Source: Candidatus Hadarchaeales archaeon (GTDB lineage: Archaea; Hadarchaeota; Hadarchaeia; Hadarchaeales; Hadarchaeaceae). Taken from it: a stretch of DNA of 50,075 nucleotides. This document shows, in pieces, positions 16,199 to 26,066 of the stretch. The notes beneath the pieces are model-generated. The model had not been told where the DNA came from. It ran no database searches and saw only the letters and a program-made list of their open reading frames with translations. Made by a program: the position numbers and the translations under genes. Where the stretch lies: NCBI GenBank assembly GCA_038851565.1, contig JAWCKV010000001.1, forward strand, positions 1 to 50,075, in the 5' to 3' direction. Positions within the stretch are counted from its first letter, which is position 1. Every line of letters starts with the position of its first letter.

Positions 16199-18631
16199 TC
16201 AGCGCATGAACCTCTCAAGACCCGCCTGTTTTTCCCTCATGTACCTGAGGTCCTCCTCCCGATAGCCGAGGACCTCCATTATCCTCATGACCGCAGGTAG
16301 CACCTGGTTCGAGATGTAATAATCCGGATCCGGCTCCCTGTTCCTGAGCATCTCAAGCGGGTATGATCGCTCGCTTATGCTCCCCGGCCCCCTCACCACA
16401 ACATATGCGATCATCATGCCGGGCTCAACCTGATACCCCAGCGACCTCAGCCTCTTGGCAGCAACCACATGAGGACCTATGGATCTGTAACTCTCAATCG
16501 GCATCTTCAGCTGGGTGTATATTATAAGATCCTCAAGCTTCACCTTCCCCTCCTGTATGTCCCGCGTGACCTTCTTTATTATCTCGGCGGCCCTTTGTGG
16601 GGATCCCTCATTCAGTATCGCCCTCAGCACCTCCTCCTGGGTTCTCTTCGCTATTGCGGCCCAGTCCCTCCGAACGAACTCGAGTCCCTTCACAACCATC
16701 CTGCCCTCCTCGTCGATCATCGCATACCTCTTCTTTGTTATGAACACCCCGCGCGGGTAGAACCCCTCAAGCTCGAGCTCTATTATCCCGGGAAGAGTTT
16801 CATTGACCTTTTTAAGGAACTTCATGGCATCCTCTTTTCCAAGGTGGTTGAGCCGCACAAAGCTGCTATCGGTATCGGAGTATATCACGTCGAATCCGAA
16901 GCTCCTCGCCATCTCTATTGTCCTCTGGATGTAATGCCTGCCGAAGCTCGTTATGCTCTCCGCGCACTCCTTGGAATACCAGCGCGCCCTTGAGTAGCCC
17001 AGCATTCCGTAGGCGGAGTTCGCTATTATCTTGTAGGCCGTCTGCCTTGCATTTAGTGAGCTGTACTCTTCCGTCTCAGGCCTGTGCCTCTTCAGCTCCT
17101 CCTTGAGCCTGAACCTCGCCCTTATGAGCTTTTTAAGGGTCGCAGGGATGAAACCCTCGCGCTTTGTGCAGAACCAGTACTCCATCCCTGGCACCTTCGT
17201 CCTCTCATCCTCCGCGCAACACCCGCAGTTCAACGTGGACGGATCTATGTTGTGCGTCACTATTATGGACGGATACAGGGACCTGAAATCAAAAACCGCC
17301 AGTTTCTCGTGGAGCCCCCTCACGGGCTCCATCACGTAACCGCCGATGTATGTCTCCTCAAGGCGCTCCTCGAACTCCTCGCCGACTGGCCTTGGGGGGA
17401 CGAGCTCGCCGCGTTTGCGGGCCTCTGATATCAGGAGCCACTCAACCAGCTGTCCTGGCGTCATGCGAGTGACGTCAAACAGCGTCTGGCCGACCACCCG
17501 GGCCAGCTCAACGAAGAGGGGGAGAAGGGCAAGGCCAAGCTCCAGGGTAGCATCGGCGTCGGACATGGAGTACTCAATCAACCTCAGCAGTTTCTCCCCT
17601 CCCTTATCCCATGCCTCGGGCATTTCCTTGAACTCAAAATCAGGCTTCTCCTTGCCCAGCAAGTGCCTGTAAACGTCCTCCAGTGTGTAGTGAATTAGCC
17701 TCATATATCCTATTGTTGCCATGAACTCCACCATCGAGAAGACATCCACGTGAATCCTCCCCCTCACCCTGGCTGAGGATGCAAACCTGTGCCTCCTGAA
17801 GGTCACCTCTGATCCGTCTATTCCAAGCGGAAGCTTTGCCTTCAGGATCCTCGCCCTCTCCCTGAGATACGGGAAGTCGAACATGTCGGTGTTGTACCCG
17901 AGAAGCACATCGGGGTCCCTCTCCCTCACTATGCTCACAAATCTCTCCACCATCTCCCTCTCGCTTCCGAGACATTCCACGTATTCAGGAGCTCCCTCAA
18001 ACCTCTTCCAGGTCAGCACCCTCCGGAAACCTCCATCGTCTGAGAGGCTTATCATTATGATCGGGTCGCGGTCCACACGTGGGGAGCCGCCGGGGTTATA
18101 AACCTCTATGTCAAAGCTCATCACCCTGAGGTGCGCCTCCACACCTTTGCTGTGCCTTGGCGATGAAACCGCGCGCGCGATGCGCACCTCTCCATTCTCC
18201 CTAACATCAACATCCGCCTCCACCCCCTCCATTGGAACCAGCCCGCGGTCAAGGAGGTAGCTCCTGTGGGGCTGTATATCAAACTCATACAGCGAGGCAA
18301 CTCCCGGAAGTTCGCGAACAGCATGCCTGATGGCCTGCATGTCGCGAGGATGGGAAAGGACGACCTTCACGGCCTCAATTTCCCTGCCGCTGACAGTTCG
18401 CCTGACCACCTCCGCCGACCCCGGCGCTACCCTCCTCCCACGGGATTCGCCCTCAGCCCTGGAGATGAGCCTGGCCAGCTTTTCCGCATCATCGCCAACA
18501 GCGTAGAAGTAGTGCGAAAATGATGGGTCCAGGAGAATCGTCTTCCTGTGTCCCTCCTTCACGACCAGCCTGATAACCGGGGACTCCTCTTCCTCCGCAA
18601 AATCAACGTCAAGCAGTATTCCCCTCATCAC
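16199..18631 (-). CDS. polB: DNA polymerase, family B
   Basis: 810 aa. Exo motifs are SFDIEV and LLGYNTDMFDFPYL. Polymerase motifs are DFRSLYPSII, KIIANSAYG and VIYSDTDS. No intein-sized insertion is present. Confidence 0.95.
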   Translation of the reverse strand: MMRGILLDVDFAEEEESPVIRLVVKEGHRKTILLDPSFSHYFYAVGDDAEKLARLISRAEGESRGRRVAPGSAEVVRRTVSGREIEAVKVVLSHPRDMQAIRHAVRELPGVASLYEFDIQPHRSYLLDRGLVPMEGVEADVDVRENGEVRIARAVSSPRHSKGVEAHLRVMSFDIEVYNPGGSPRVDRDPIIMISLSDDGGFRRVLTWKRFEGAPEYVECLGSEREMVERFVSIVRERDPDVLLGYNTDMFDFPYLRERARILKAKLPLGIDGSEVTFRRHRFASSARVRGRIHVDVFSMVEFMATIGYMRLIHYTLEDVYRHLLGKEKPDFEFKEMPEAWDKGGEKLLRLIEYSMSDADATLELGLALLPLFVELARVVGQTLFDVTRMTPGQLVEWLLISEARKRGELVPPRPVGEEFEERLEETYIGGYVMEPVRGLHEKLAVFDFRSLYPSIIVTHNIDPSTLNCGCCAEDERTKVPGMEYWFCTKREGFIPATLKKLIRARFRLKEELKRHRPETEEYSSLNARQTAYKIIANSAYGMLGYSRARWYSKECAESITSFGRHYIQRTIEMARSFGFDVIYSDTDSSFVRLNHLGKEDAMKFLKKVNETLPGIIELELEGFYPRGVFITKKRYAMIDEEGRMVVKGLEFVRRDWAAIAKRTQEEVLRAILNEGSPQRAAEIIKKVTRDIQEGKVKLEDLIIYTQLKMPIESYRSIGPHVVAAKRLRSLGYQVEPGMMIAYVVVRGPGSISERSYPLEMLRNREPDPDYYISNQVLPAVMRIMEVLGYREEDLRYMREKQAGLERFMR

Positions 18632-18737
18632 ATCATTTACAACTACCTCTTTCCATAAAAGCTGGTTTTGTGGGATAGGTTAATATGTAAGAGCATGCGC
18701 AGTTAGTTTTGACCGAGGGAATGGTGGGGGCTGACCG

Positions 18738-19979
18738 ATGGGGAAAAGTAAGCCGCGGGAGCGTAGGGAGCTCAGGCTGTACCATTTCTGGCCAGGTCCC
18801 GAACAACCTCCTGTGAACGAGCTCATCAGGCTCTTTGAGAAAAAGCATCCAAACGTTGAGGTCTCCCAGAACATCCTTGAGTGGTGGGTATACACCGCAT
18901 CAATGCCCAGACACATCACGAGGGGGATGTGCGACATAATGATCACCGAGGCAGGGCAGATGCTCCACAGCTTCGCCCTGGGGGGCTTCCTGAGAGAGCT
19001 CACCGACATGTGGGAGGAAAACTCGTACAGCAGGATCTTCCCTGAATGGCTCACAAACCGCTGCATGATAGACGGTGAGGTCTACGGAATCCCGGCCAAG
19101 ATATACACATTCTGCGTGTGGTACAGGAAGGACGTATTTGAAAAGTATGGCGTGGAGCCTCCAGGGACCTGGAGCGAGTTCATGGATATGTGTGAAAGGC
19201 TGAAAAGGGCCGGAATTCCTCCCATAATCTCTGGAGGAGATGGCACCGCGGACTGGCTGATCAACATCCTCGCGCGAGTTGCTGGGAAGAAGTTCTACGA
19301 GGGGCTCATAGAGGGAAAGGAGAGCTGGACCGATCCAAAGGTCATAACCTCATACGAGATGCTGAGGGACCTATCGAGGGACTTCTTCTACCCCCACCCC
19401 TTCGGCCTTGACTGGAGGAGCGCCTTTGCAAGGTTCAATTCCGGCGCTGCTGCCATGATGCTCCAGGGGGACTGGATCAACACCGTGATGCGCTATGAGC
19501 ATGGATATACGCCCGGGGTGGAGTACGACTGCTTCCCGCTCCCCCCCATCGAAAAAGGGGTCGGACAGGTGATGGTGGTCGGAGGAAACGCATGGGTTGT
19601 TCCGAAGAACTCTGCGGCGCCCGAGCTGGCCAGGAAATTCATGGAGTTCACCAGCTCACCCCCCGCACAGAGGACGATGGCAGGGATGGGGATGGGCATA
19701 ATGCCCACACGTGTTCCTGTAAAAAACTATGACGCCGTCAGCAGGAGGATCATAAGGGAACTTGAGGAGGAGAAGGTGTACAACCTGAGCGCCTCGGTGC
19801 CGAGGAAAATACGCGGGCTGGAGCAGATGCTCAGGATGAGGATAATCCTGAACCCGCATATCGACTCACAGAAGATAAGGGACCTCATGACGGAGATGGA
19901 ACTTGTAACAAAGGAACATCACACGCTCAGGGGACTTTCCTACCTGGGAATGCGCGCCCTGCGGGACCTCTCAAGCTGA
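18738..19979 (+). CDS. ABC-transporter solute-binding protein family 1-like protein lacking a signal peptide
   Basis: 413 aa. It resembles the sugar-type SBP fold (LRLYHFWPG...NELIRLFEKKHPNVEV...DGEVYGIPAKIYTFCVWYRKDVFEKYGVEPPGTWSEF...GDWINT). The N-terminus MGKSKPRERRE is hydrophilic. No permease or ATPase gene is adjacent. Confidence 0.75.
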   Translation: MGKSKPRERRELRLYHFWPGPEQPPVNELIRLFEKKHPNVEVSQNILEWWVYTASMPRHITRGMCDIMITEAGQMLHSFALGGFLRELTDMWEENSYSRIFPEWLTNRCMIDGEVYGIPAKIYTFCVWYRKDVFEKYGVEPPGTWSEFMDMCERLKRAGIPPIISGGDGTADWLINILARVAGKKFYEGLIEGKESWTDPKVITSYEMLRDLSRDFFYPHPFGLDWRSAFARFNSGAAAMMLQGDWINTVMRYEHGYTPGVEYDCFPLPPIEKGVGQVMVVGGNAWVVPKNSAAPELARKFMEFTSSPPAQRTMAGMGMGIMPTRVPVKNYDAVSRRIIRELEEEKVYNLSASVPRKIRGLEQMLRMRIILNPHIDSQKIRDLMTEMELVTKEHHTLRGLSYLGMRALRDLSS

Positions 19980-19980
19980 G

Positions 19981-21087
19981 CTAAAACCTTATCGCGTGCG
20001 TCGGGCAGATCGAGACGCAGAGCCCGCAGCCACAGCACTTCACGGAGTCCACCCTTGCCAGCCGCCCAATTATCCTGATCCCTCCGTAGGGGCAGCTGCT
20101 CTCGCAGAGCCCGCAAGCCGTGCACTTAGAGGCTATCAGCTCGACGGGGGCCGGAGAGGTCCTGAGAGGTTCCTGGGGCAGATGGTGAAGGGCCTTGCCC
20201 CTCATGTCCGCAAGCGTCTCGTAGTTCTTGGCCCGCATGAACTTTACCAGCTCATCCGCAAGAAAGCCATAGACCTTGTACCCCCTCAGGATGGCTGCCG
20301 TTGACACCTGGACGGCGGAGGCGCCGGCCATAACATACTCAACTATGTCCCTGCCGGAGTACACGCCGCCGCATCCGATGACTGGGATGTTCACAGACCT
20401 GCTCACGTCAGCCACGCGCTTCAGCATTATCGGCTTCACCGGGGGGCCTGAGACGTATCCTGCTCCTCCGGGCGCGCCGAGCACCGGCATCGAGCTTTCA
20501 ACGTCTATTGAGAGACCTGGGCCAATAGGTCCAGCGACCACTATCCCATCGGCGCCGGAGCTCTCCAGCTCGCGCGCGAGGGATTCAAGCGTGCCGAGAG
20601 GCTCCATGATCTTTGCAAAAACCGGCTTCTCAACAGATTCTCTCGCTGACTTCACCATCTCCGAAGCCACCTGCGGGTCCGAAGGCACGGGAACCTCTAT
20701 GCCGTCAGCCCCCGCCTCGACAAGCCTGGGCGCGACTTTCCTCACGTCTTCGGGGGTCGGACCAACGCTTGCGATAACCGGGATGCCGGAGCGCTTCGCC
20801 TTGGGCATCTCATACTTGACCCACTGCTCAACTGAAATATCGCTTATCATGTCAAAGCTGATGATTCCCTCCCTGACCTTTGCCATGAACGGGTGAGGCG
20901 CCTTTGCGGGAGTTGACGATACCGTCTTTGTAACTGCAGCGGCCGCACCGCCAGCGGCAGCCCTCTCTATGCACTCTCCATCTCGCGTTGTGACCCCGGC
21001 TGCCGCGATGATGGGATTCCTCAGCTTGATCCCGTGTATCTCACACGATATCTCAACCAATCTACCACCTCTTCCGGCAGGTAACAT
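19981..21087 (-). CDS. Dihydroorotate/dihydropyrimidine dehydrogenase (PyrD/PreA)-family flavoenzyme fused to a 2x[4Fe-4S] ferredoxin domain
   Basis: 368 aa. N-terminus is GIKLRNPIIAAAGV, the FMN barrel has IPVIGCGGVYSGRDIVEYVMAGASAVQV, and the C-terminus has CTACGLCESSCP and CCGCGLCVSICP. Confidence 0.8.
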   Translation of the reverse strand: MLPAGRGGRLVEISCEIHGIKLRNPIIAAAGVTTRDGECIERAAAGGAAAAVTKTVSSTPAKAPHPFMAKVREGIISFDMISDISVEQWVKYEMPKAKRSGIPVIASVGPTPEDVRKVAPRLVEAGADGIEVPVPSDPQVASEMVKSARESVEKPVFAKIMEPLGTLESLARELESSGADGIVVAGPIGPGLSIDVESSMPVLGAPGGAGYVSGPPVKPIMLKRVADVSRSVNIPVIGCGGVYSGRDIVEYVMAGASAVQVSTAAILRGYKVYGFLADELVKFMRAKNYETLADMRGKALHHLPQEPLRTSPAPVELIASKCTACGLCESSCPYGGIRIIGRLARVDSVKCCGCGLCVSICPTHAIRF

Positions 21088-21192
21088 TTACACAGCGCTG
21101 TTATTATACTTCCTCTCCTTCCAAAGCGCTCACCGCACTTGCCCCAAACCGAGAATTATTATTTAGAGAGCAAGAGTGGTTAACGGTGGAAC

Positions 21193-22482
21193 TTGGCCTC
21201 GCTGACCGTCCGGCCGTCCAGGCTGAGGGGTGAAATCTCGGCGCCCCCTTCAAAATCCTACACACACAGGGCGTTCATCATAGCCGCGCTCGCCAGTGGG
21301 GAGAGCACCATAAATGGTGCCCTGATCAGCCTCGACACAAAGGCCACGATGGAGGCCGTTGAGAAGGTCGGGGCGAGGATAGAGCGAGAGGGGGATAGCT
21401 GGAGGGTTCTGGGAACCGGCGGCAGGATAGCGCCGCGATCGCCCGTCATAGATGCCATGAACTCTGGAACCACTATGAGGATCATGAGCGCGGTTGCCGC
21501 GCTTTCACCGGAGCCGGTGAGGTTGACCGGAGACAGCTCCATCCTCCAGAGGCCGATGGGCCCGCTTGTTGATGCGCTCGCCCAGCTGGGTGCCAATGCG
21601 AGGTGCGAGGGCAGGGACGGCAGGCCTCCTGTGGCTGTGTGGGGTGGGCTCAAGGGAGGGGAGGTGGAGATAACGGGATCAGTGAGCTCCCAGTTTCTGT
21701 CTGCGCTGCTGATCTCCAGCCCCCTTGCTGAGGACGATGTGACGATCAGGGTTGTTGGAGAGCTGCGCTCAAGACCATATGTTGAGATGACCCTGTCCCT
21801 CCTTGAGCTTGCGGGAATAAAGATCAGGCACGACAAAGGTCTCAAGAGATTCAAGATCGAGGCAGGGCAGGTGCCGAAGCCGATAAAGTTCGACATACCT
21901 GGAGATTTCTCATCCGCCGCGTTTCCGCTCGGGGCAGCTGCCCTGACGGACTCCCGCATCACGGTCAAGAATTTGGACATGGGCATGCCCCAGGGGGACA
22001 AGAGGATCGTTGACTTCCTCCGGGAATTCGGCGCTGAGGTGAAGATCGGGAGGAGAAGCGTTGCGATCCAGGGATGCGAAACCCTCAACGGGATGGAAGC
22101 GGAATGCGGCGACAACCCGGATCTTGTGCCGATCCTGGCTGTGCTCGGTTCAGTTGCAGATGGTATTACCCTCATCACAAACGTCTCGCACCTCAGGTTC
22201 AAGGAAACTGACAGGCTGAGGGCCCTGGCCTATGGGCTCGGCAGGTTCGGCGCCCGCGTTGAGGAGCGCAGGGACGGACTCCGCATAGAGGGAATCCCGA
22301 AACTCGTGGGGACCCGCGTGAACTCATTTGGGGATCACAGAATGGCCATGGCCTTCTGTGTGGCCGGACTGAGGGCAGAGGGCAAAACAGTGGTCGAGGG
22401 CGTGGAGAGCATACCCGTATCATATCCTGGCTTTGTCGAGGACATGAGACGTCTGGGCGCGAGGATTGAACAGGGCGCCTGA
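21193..22482 (+). CDS. aroA: 3-phosphoshikimate 1-carboxyvinyltransferase (EPSP synthase)
   Basis: 429 aa with PPSKSYTHRA, NSGTTMRI, SSQFLSALLI, HLRFKETDR and GDHRMAMAF. TTG is the only in-frame start after the upstream stop. Confidence 0.95.
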   Translation: MASLTVRPSRLRGEISAPPSKSYTHRAFIIAALASGESTINGALISLDTKATMEAVEKVGARIEREGDSWRVLGTGGRIAPRSPVIDAMNSGTTMRIMSAVAALSPEPVRLTGDSSILQRPMGPLVDALAQLGANARCEGRDGRPPVAVWGGLKGGEVEITGSVSSQFLSALLISSPLAEDDVTIRVVGELRSRPYVEMTLSLLELAGIKIRHDKGLKRFKIEAGQVPKPIKFDIPGDFSSAAFPLGAAALTDSRITVKNLDMGMPQGDKRIVDFLREFGAEVKIGRRSVAIQGCETLNGMEAECGDNPDLVPILAVLGSVADGITLITNVSHLRFKETDRLRALAYGLGRFGARVEERRDGLRIEGIPKLVGTRVNSFGDHRMAMAFCVAGLRAEGKTVVEGVESIPVSYPGFVEDMRRLGARIEQGA

Positions 22483-22536
22483 TACTGCCGTCAATCAAGA
22501 TATATACCTGGGAAAAAGATTGTAAGGAGGGAGCCC

Positions 22537-23649
22537 GTGGGAGGAAACTCGTTTGGCGTGATTTTCAGGGTAACAACCTGGGGCGAAAGCCACGGAAGGG
22601 CGGTGGGGGTTGTCGTCGACGGGGTTCCAGCTGGCCTGGAGCTGTCCGAGGAGGACATCCAGAGGGAACTCAACAGGAGGCGCCCGGGCGTCAGCGGGAT
22701 CGTGAGCCAGAGAGAGGAGCAGGACAGGGTGGAGATCCTGTCTGGAGTTTTCGAGGGAAAGACCACCGGAGCACCAATATCCATGATGGTGAGAAACGTT
22801 TCATTCGACAGCGAACCCTATGATGCCATCAGGGACCTGCCACGCCCCGGACACGCCGATCTCACGTACAGGCTGAAGTTCGGCCACGTTGATCACAGGG
22901 GGGGCGGCAGGGCCAGCGGCAGGGAAACCGTGGGAAGGGTGGCGGCCGGAGCGGTTGCCAAAAAGCTGCTTGGAAAAGCTGGAATAGAGATCCTCGGCCA
23001 CACGGTTGAGGTTGCCAGCATAAGGGTCAATTCAGACGATCTTTCGCTGGATGACATACGAAAGGCTGAGGGAAATCCGGTGAGATGCGCTGACGGAAAA
23101 ATAGCGAACAGGATGATTGAGGCGATCGAGGCCGCCAGGAGGGATGGTGACAGCGTCGGGGGGGTTGTTGAGGTTCTGGCCAATGGAGTTCCCCCTGGCC
23201 TAGGCGAGCCGGTCTTCGACAAACTTGATGCCGATATCGCAAAGGCCCTCATGAGCATAGGAGGCGTCAAAGGCGTTGAAATCGGCGCTGGATTCAGGGT
23301 TGCGGGGATGAAAGGGTCCGAAGCCAACGATCAGTTTGTCCTGAACAGGAAAACCAATAGGATATTCGCAAAAACAAACAACGCAGGAGGCATCCTCGGT
23401 GGAATATCAAACGGTATGCCCATCGTGGCGAGAATCGCGATCAAGCCCACCTCATCCATAGGAAAACCCCAGACTACCGTGAACATGAAGAGCAGGAAGG
23501 AGGAGACCCTCAAGATCAGGGGAAAACACGATCCATGTCTCTGCCCCAGGATAGTTCCGGTCGCGGAGGCCATGCTTGCAATAGTTCTGGCGGACCACAT
23601 GCTCAGAGCAGGAATGATCAACCCGAACAGAATTGGAAAGGTGCAGTAG
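22537..23649 (+). CDS. aroC: Chorismate synthase
   Basis: 370 aa with [35 protein letters not shown] and RGKHDPC. It has a GTG start with AAGGAGGG upstream. Confidence 0.95.
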   Translation: MGGNSFGVIFRVTTWGESHGRAVGVVVDGVPAGLELSEEDIQRELNRRRPGVSGIVSQREEQDRVEILSGVFEGKTTGAPISMMVRNVSFDSEPYDAIRDLPRPGHADLTYRLKFGHVDHRGGGRASGRETVGRVAAGAVAKKLLGKAGIEILGHTVEVASIRVNSDDLSLDDIRKAEGNPVRCADGKIANRMIEAIEAARRDGDSVGGVVEVLANGVPPGLGEPVFDKLDADIAKALMSIGGVKGVEIGAGFRVAGMKGSEANDQFVLNRKTNRIFAKTNNAGGILGGISNGMPIVARIAIKPTSSIGKPQTTVNMKSRKEETLKIRGKHDPCLCPRIVPVAEAMLAIVLADHMLRAGMINPNRIGKVQ

Positions 23650-24526
23650 GTTGCGGTCCGGGATTGGGAAAGCATCGGCCTGTGCATCGGCCACTGTTGT
23701 GAATGCTATCGCCACGGGAAAGGGAGCAGCCTTCGGCGTTGAGTTGAGGGTCAGGGCAAGAGCCGAGCTGATAAAGGGAAAGGGGAAAATCAGGGGAAGG
23801 ATAATCGGCGGAGGGGGGGAAAGCGCAAGGCTCATTGAGATATGCGCGCGGAAGGTCTTGGAAATCCTGGGGATGGAGAGGGAATATGGTGTGAGGATAG
23901 AAACCGATGCCGGAATTCCCATAGCCGTCGGACTCTCCAGCAGCAGCGCGGCTGCCAACGCTGCAGTGCTTGCGACATATGCGGCAGCTGGCGCTGACCC
24001 TGACATGGACAGAGCACTCGAGCTCGGCATAGACGCATCTCTGGAAGCCGGAGTGAGTGTGACCGGGGCGCTCGATGACGCGGCCGCCTCGATGTACGGG
24101 TGCGGCGTGGTCACCCACAACCTGAAGAGGGTCATCCTGAGGAAGTTCAGGATCAGGACGGATCTAGACGTCCTCGTTTACATCCCGCCCTCCAAGTTTT
24201 ACTCCTCCGCGGTGACGCCCCAAAGCCTCGCTCCGATAAGGAAGGCGGTGGAGATCGCACACGACCTTGCGATGAGGGGAAGGATAATGGATGCTATTTC
24301 GCTCAACGGCGTGCTCTACTCCACCGCCCTAAACCAGGACCCCACTCCGGCAATAGAGGCGATCGCTGAGGGGGCGCTGGGGGCGGGTCTCACAGGCACA
24401 GGCTCTGCGACCGTGGCGATAAGTGAACCCAACGTCTCAAGAAGAATAGAGGAGATGTGGAAAAAGAGACCCGGAAGGGTGCTCAGGCTAAAGCCCTCAA
24501 GGGAGGGGGCGAGGGTGGAACCATGA
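23633..24526 (+). CDS. Shikimate kinase, archaeal GHMP-kinase type
   Basis: [27 protein letters not shown] and [15 protein letters not shown] (GHMP motif). An alternative TTG start at 23651 lies just after the aroC stop. The stop overlaps the chorismate mutase ATG (ATGA). Confidence 0.85.
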   Translation: MERCSRLRSGIGKASACASATVVNAIATGKGAAFGVELRVRARAELIKGKGKIRGRIIGGGGESARLIEICARKVLEILGMEREYGVRIETDAGIPIAVGLSSSSAAANAAVLATYAAAGADPDMDRALELGIDASLEAGVSVTGALDDAAASMYGCGVVTHNLKRVILRKFRIRTDLDVLVYIPPSKFYSSAVTPQSLAPIRKAVEIAHDLAMRGRIMDAISLNGVLYSTALNQDPTPAIEAIAEGALGAGLTGTGSATVAISEPNVSRRIEEMWKKRPGRVLRLKPSREGARVEP

Positions 24527-25314
24527 CTCAAAAGAAGCTTGAGGAGCTGAGGAGGAAGATAGATGAGCTCAACGAAAAAATACTGGTGCTCCTATCAGAG
24601 AGGCTGAAGACCGGCGTGGAAATAGCGGAGCTCAAGAAGAGGGAAAACTTGAGGCTCAGGGATGAAGCGAGGGAAAGCGACATGATTCAGAGGTGCAGGA
24701 GGCGGGCTGCAGAGCTCGGGATGGATCCGGACTTCGCAGAATCCGTGATGAGGTTGACGGTATCCAGAACCGTGGGGGAGGAAAAGGAAAAGCTGGGCAT
24801 GGTTGGAATGTGGTCGATGGTCCAAAAGGAGTTTGAGGACTACCCCGCCCAGCTGAAGGTCGCCAAGGTGCTCTTCAAATATGGTCTGAGGGTGGACGAA
24901 AACGGGGATATAATGCTCGGCGGGATAAAGGTGCCTGCGGTGCAGGTGGCCAAAGAGGCAGGTGTGGACAGGAGGGTGGTTGATGCCACTGCAAAGAGGA
25001 TCCTCGAGAATGAGGGGCTGAGATCCATCTTCGGTTGCCTAGAACCGGTAGCATACCTGAAAGGCGTGGCACAGGCCCTTGGCCTCGGGCTGATAGAGAT
25101 CTTCGCAAGGGATCCCGCAAAACCCGGAGTGATAAGGGAGGTCACCGAGGTGATCTCCAAGTTCGGCGGCAACATCAGGCAGGCGATATCAGACGATCCC
25201 TACTTCGTGGCAACGCCGAAGCTCACAATAATAACTGATGAGCCGCTGAGCGGTGAGGCCATAAATGCCCTCCGAAAGCTCCCGAGCGTTGAAAGCGTGA
25301 TAGTATACGGCTAG
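24523..25314 (+). CDS. Chorismate mutase (AroQ class) fused to a C-terminal ACT-like amino-acid-regulator module
   Basis: Start is set to ATG 24523. Residues 1-90 are an AroQ helical bundle (LEELRRKIDELNEKILVLLSERLKTGVEIAELKKRENLRLRDEARE). Residues 96-263 (MWSMVQKEFEDYP...GVDRRVV...GVIREVTEVISKFGGNIRQAI) resemble stand-alone archaeal ACT-domain regulators (COG2150-like, from memory). Confidence 0.8.
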   Translation: MTQKKLEELRRKIDELNEKILVLLSERLKTGVEIAELKKRENLRLRDEARESDMIQRCRRRAAELGMDPDFAESVMRLTVSRTVGEEKEKLGMVGMWSMVQKEFEDYPAQLKVAKVLFKYGLRVDENGDIMLGGIKVPAVQVAKEAGVDRRVVDATAKRILENEGLRSIFGCLEPVAYLKGVAQALGLGLIEIFARDPAKPGVIREVTEVISKFGGNIRQAISDDPYFVATPKLTIITDEPLSGEAINALRKLPSVESVIVYG

Positions 25315-25601
25315 AGCCTGACGAGCTGAGCGTGCGGCACGCCCTCAAACCTTATCACGTTTCTACCGTCGATTATGCCGGCCTTTATCGCCTCATCCAC
25401 TATGGAGCCGACCATATTTCCTATGGTGGCCTCCTCCAGGGCCCTCAGGCATTCCTGCACGCTCGCCTCCTCCCCGCCATAAAATGACTCCTTGACCTCA
25501 AGCTTCAGCTCGCCGCACTTGAACTTTCTGCCGAGTAGCTCCCTGTCGCATATTATGACAAGCCTCTCTCCGCCGTGATTCAACTTCCTGAGCAGGGGCA
25601 A
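25311..25601 (-). CDS. DUF424 family protein
   Basis: 96 aa with GGERLVIICDRELLGRKF...FYGGEEAS...NMVGSIV...VIRFEGVPHAQ, which matches the DUF424 pattern as I remember it. It has a TTG start. Confidence 0.7.
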   Translation of the reverse strand: MPLLRKLNHGGERLVIICDRELLGRKFKCGELKLEVKESFYGGEEASVQECLRALEEATIGNMVGSIVDEAIKAGIIDGRNVIRFEGVPHAQLVRL

Positions 25602-25651
25602 CCTTCTCCCATTTGAGAGTTGACTTAGGAAGCTATATCCCTTTTTTGATC

Positions 25652-26062
25652 CTACAGCCCTCTCACCGAGGCCCTCGCTCCGCAGGCCTCACATCTCAGG
25701 ACATATGCCCTCTCCATCCGCTCGATCTTTGTGTCGGGCTTTCCGCATTCCCTGCAGAGCACGAACTCCTCGGCGTATTTCCTGATCCTCTCGTCCACAA
25801 GGCTCTTCGGGAACCTTCCCTGAAAGCTCGCCTGAGCGCCCTTTGCATCCCCGGCAACTCCAAGCTCCCTCAGGAGGTACTTCATAAGGTGGGATGGATC
25901 CCTGTTGAGGGCAGCGGCTATTGCCCTGAAGTTGTGTATTATTGTTCTGTTGCCCACATTTGTGGTCTCGGCCTCCGGTATTTCGAAACGCGATTTTTCA
26001 AAGACGGTCTTCGGAATCTGCTCGAGCGCCCTGTCCAGCATCTCCATGTACTGATCTTCCAC
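25652..26062 (-). CDS. eif2b: Translation initiation factor aIF-2 beta subunit
   Basis: 136 aa with YMEMLDRALEQIP, RFEIPEAET...GNRTII.NF and LGVAG. The C-terminal zinc finger is CRECGKPDT...CEACG. Confidence 0.95.
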   Translation of the reverse strand: MEDQYMEMLDRALEQIPKTVFEKSRFEIPEAETTNVGNRTIIHNFRAIAAALNRDPSHLMKYLLRELGVAGDAKGAQASFQGRFPKSLVDERIRKYAEEFVLCRECGKPDTKIERMERAYVLRCEACGARASVRGL

Positions 26063-26066
26063 CGTC

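Noticed and set aside
21094-21130. Two AGCGCT palindromes (21094-21099 and 21125-21130) in the divergent spacer between the PyrD/PreA-like gene and aroA, as possible operators.
   Set aside because: A rough estimate allows for all 64 palindromic hexamers and the ~25 intergenic spacers examined. On that basis one such coincidence is expected by chance. There is no supporting knowledge of a cognate regulator.
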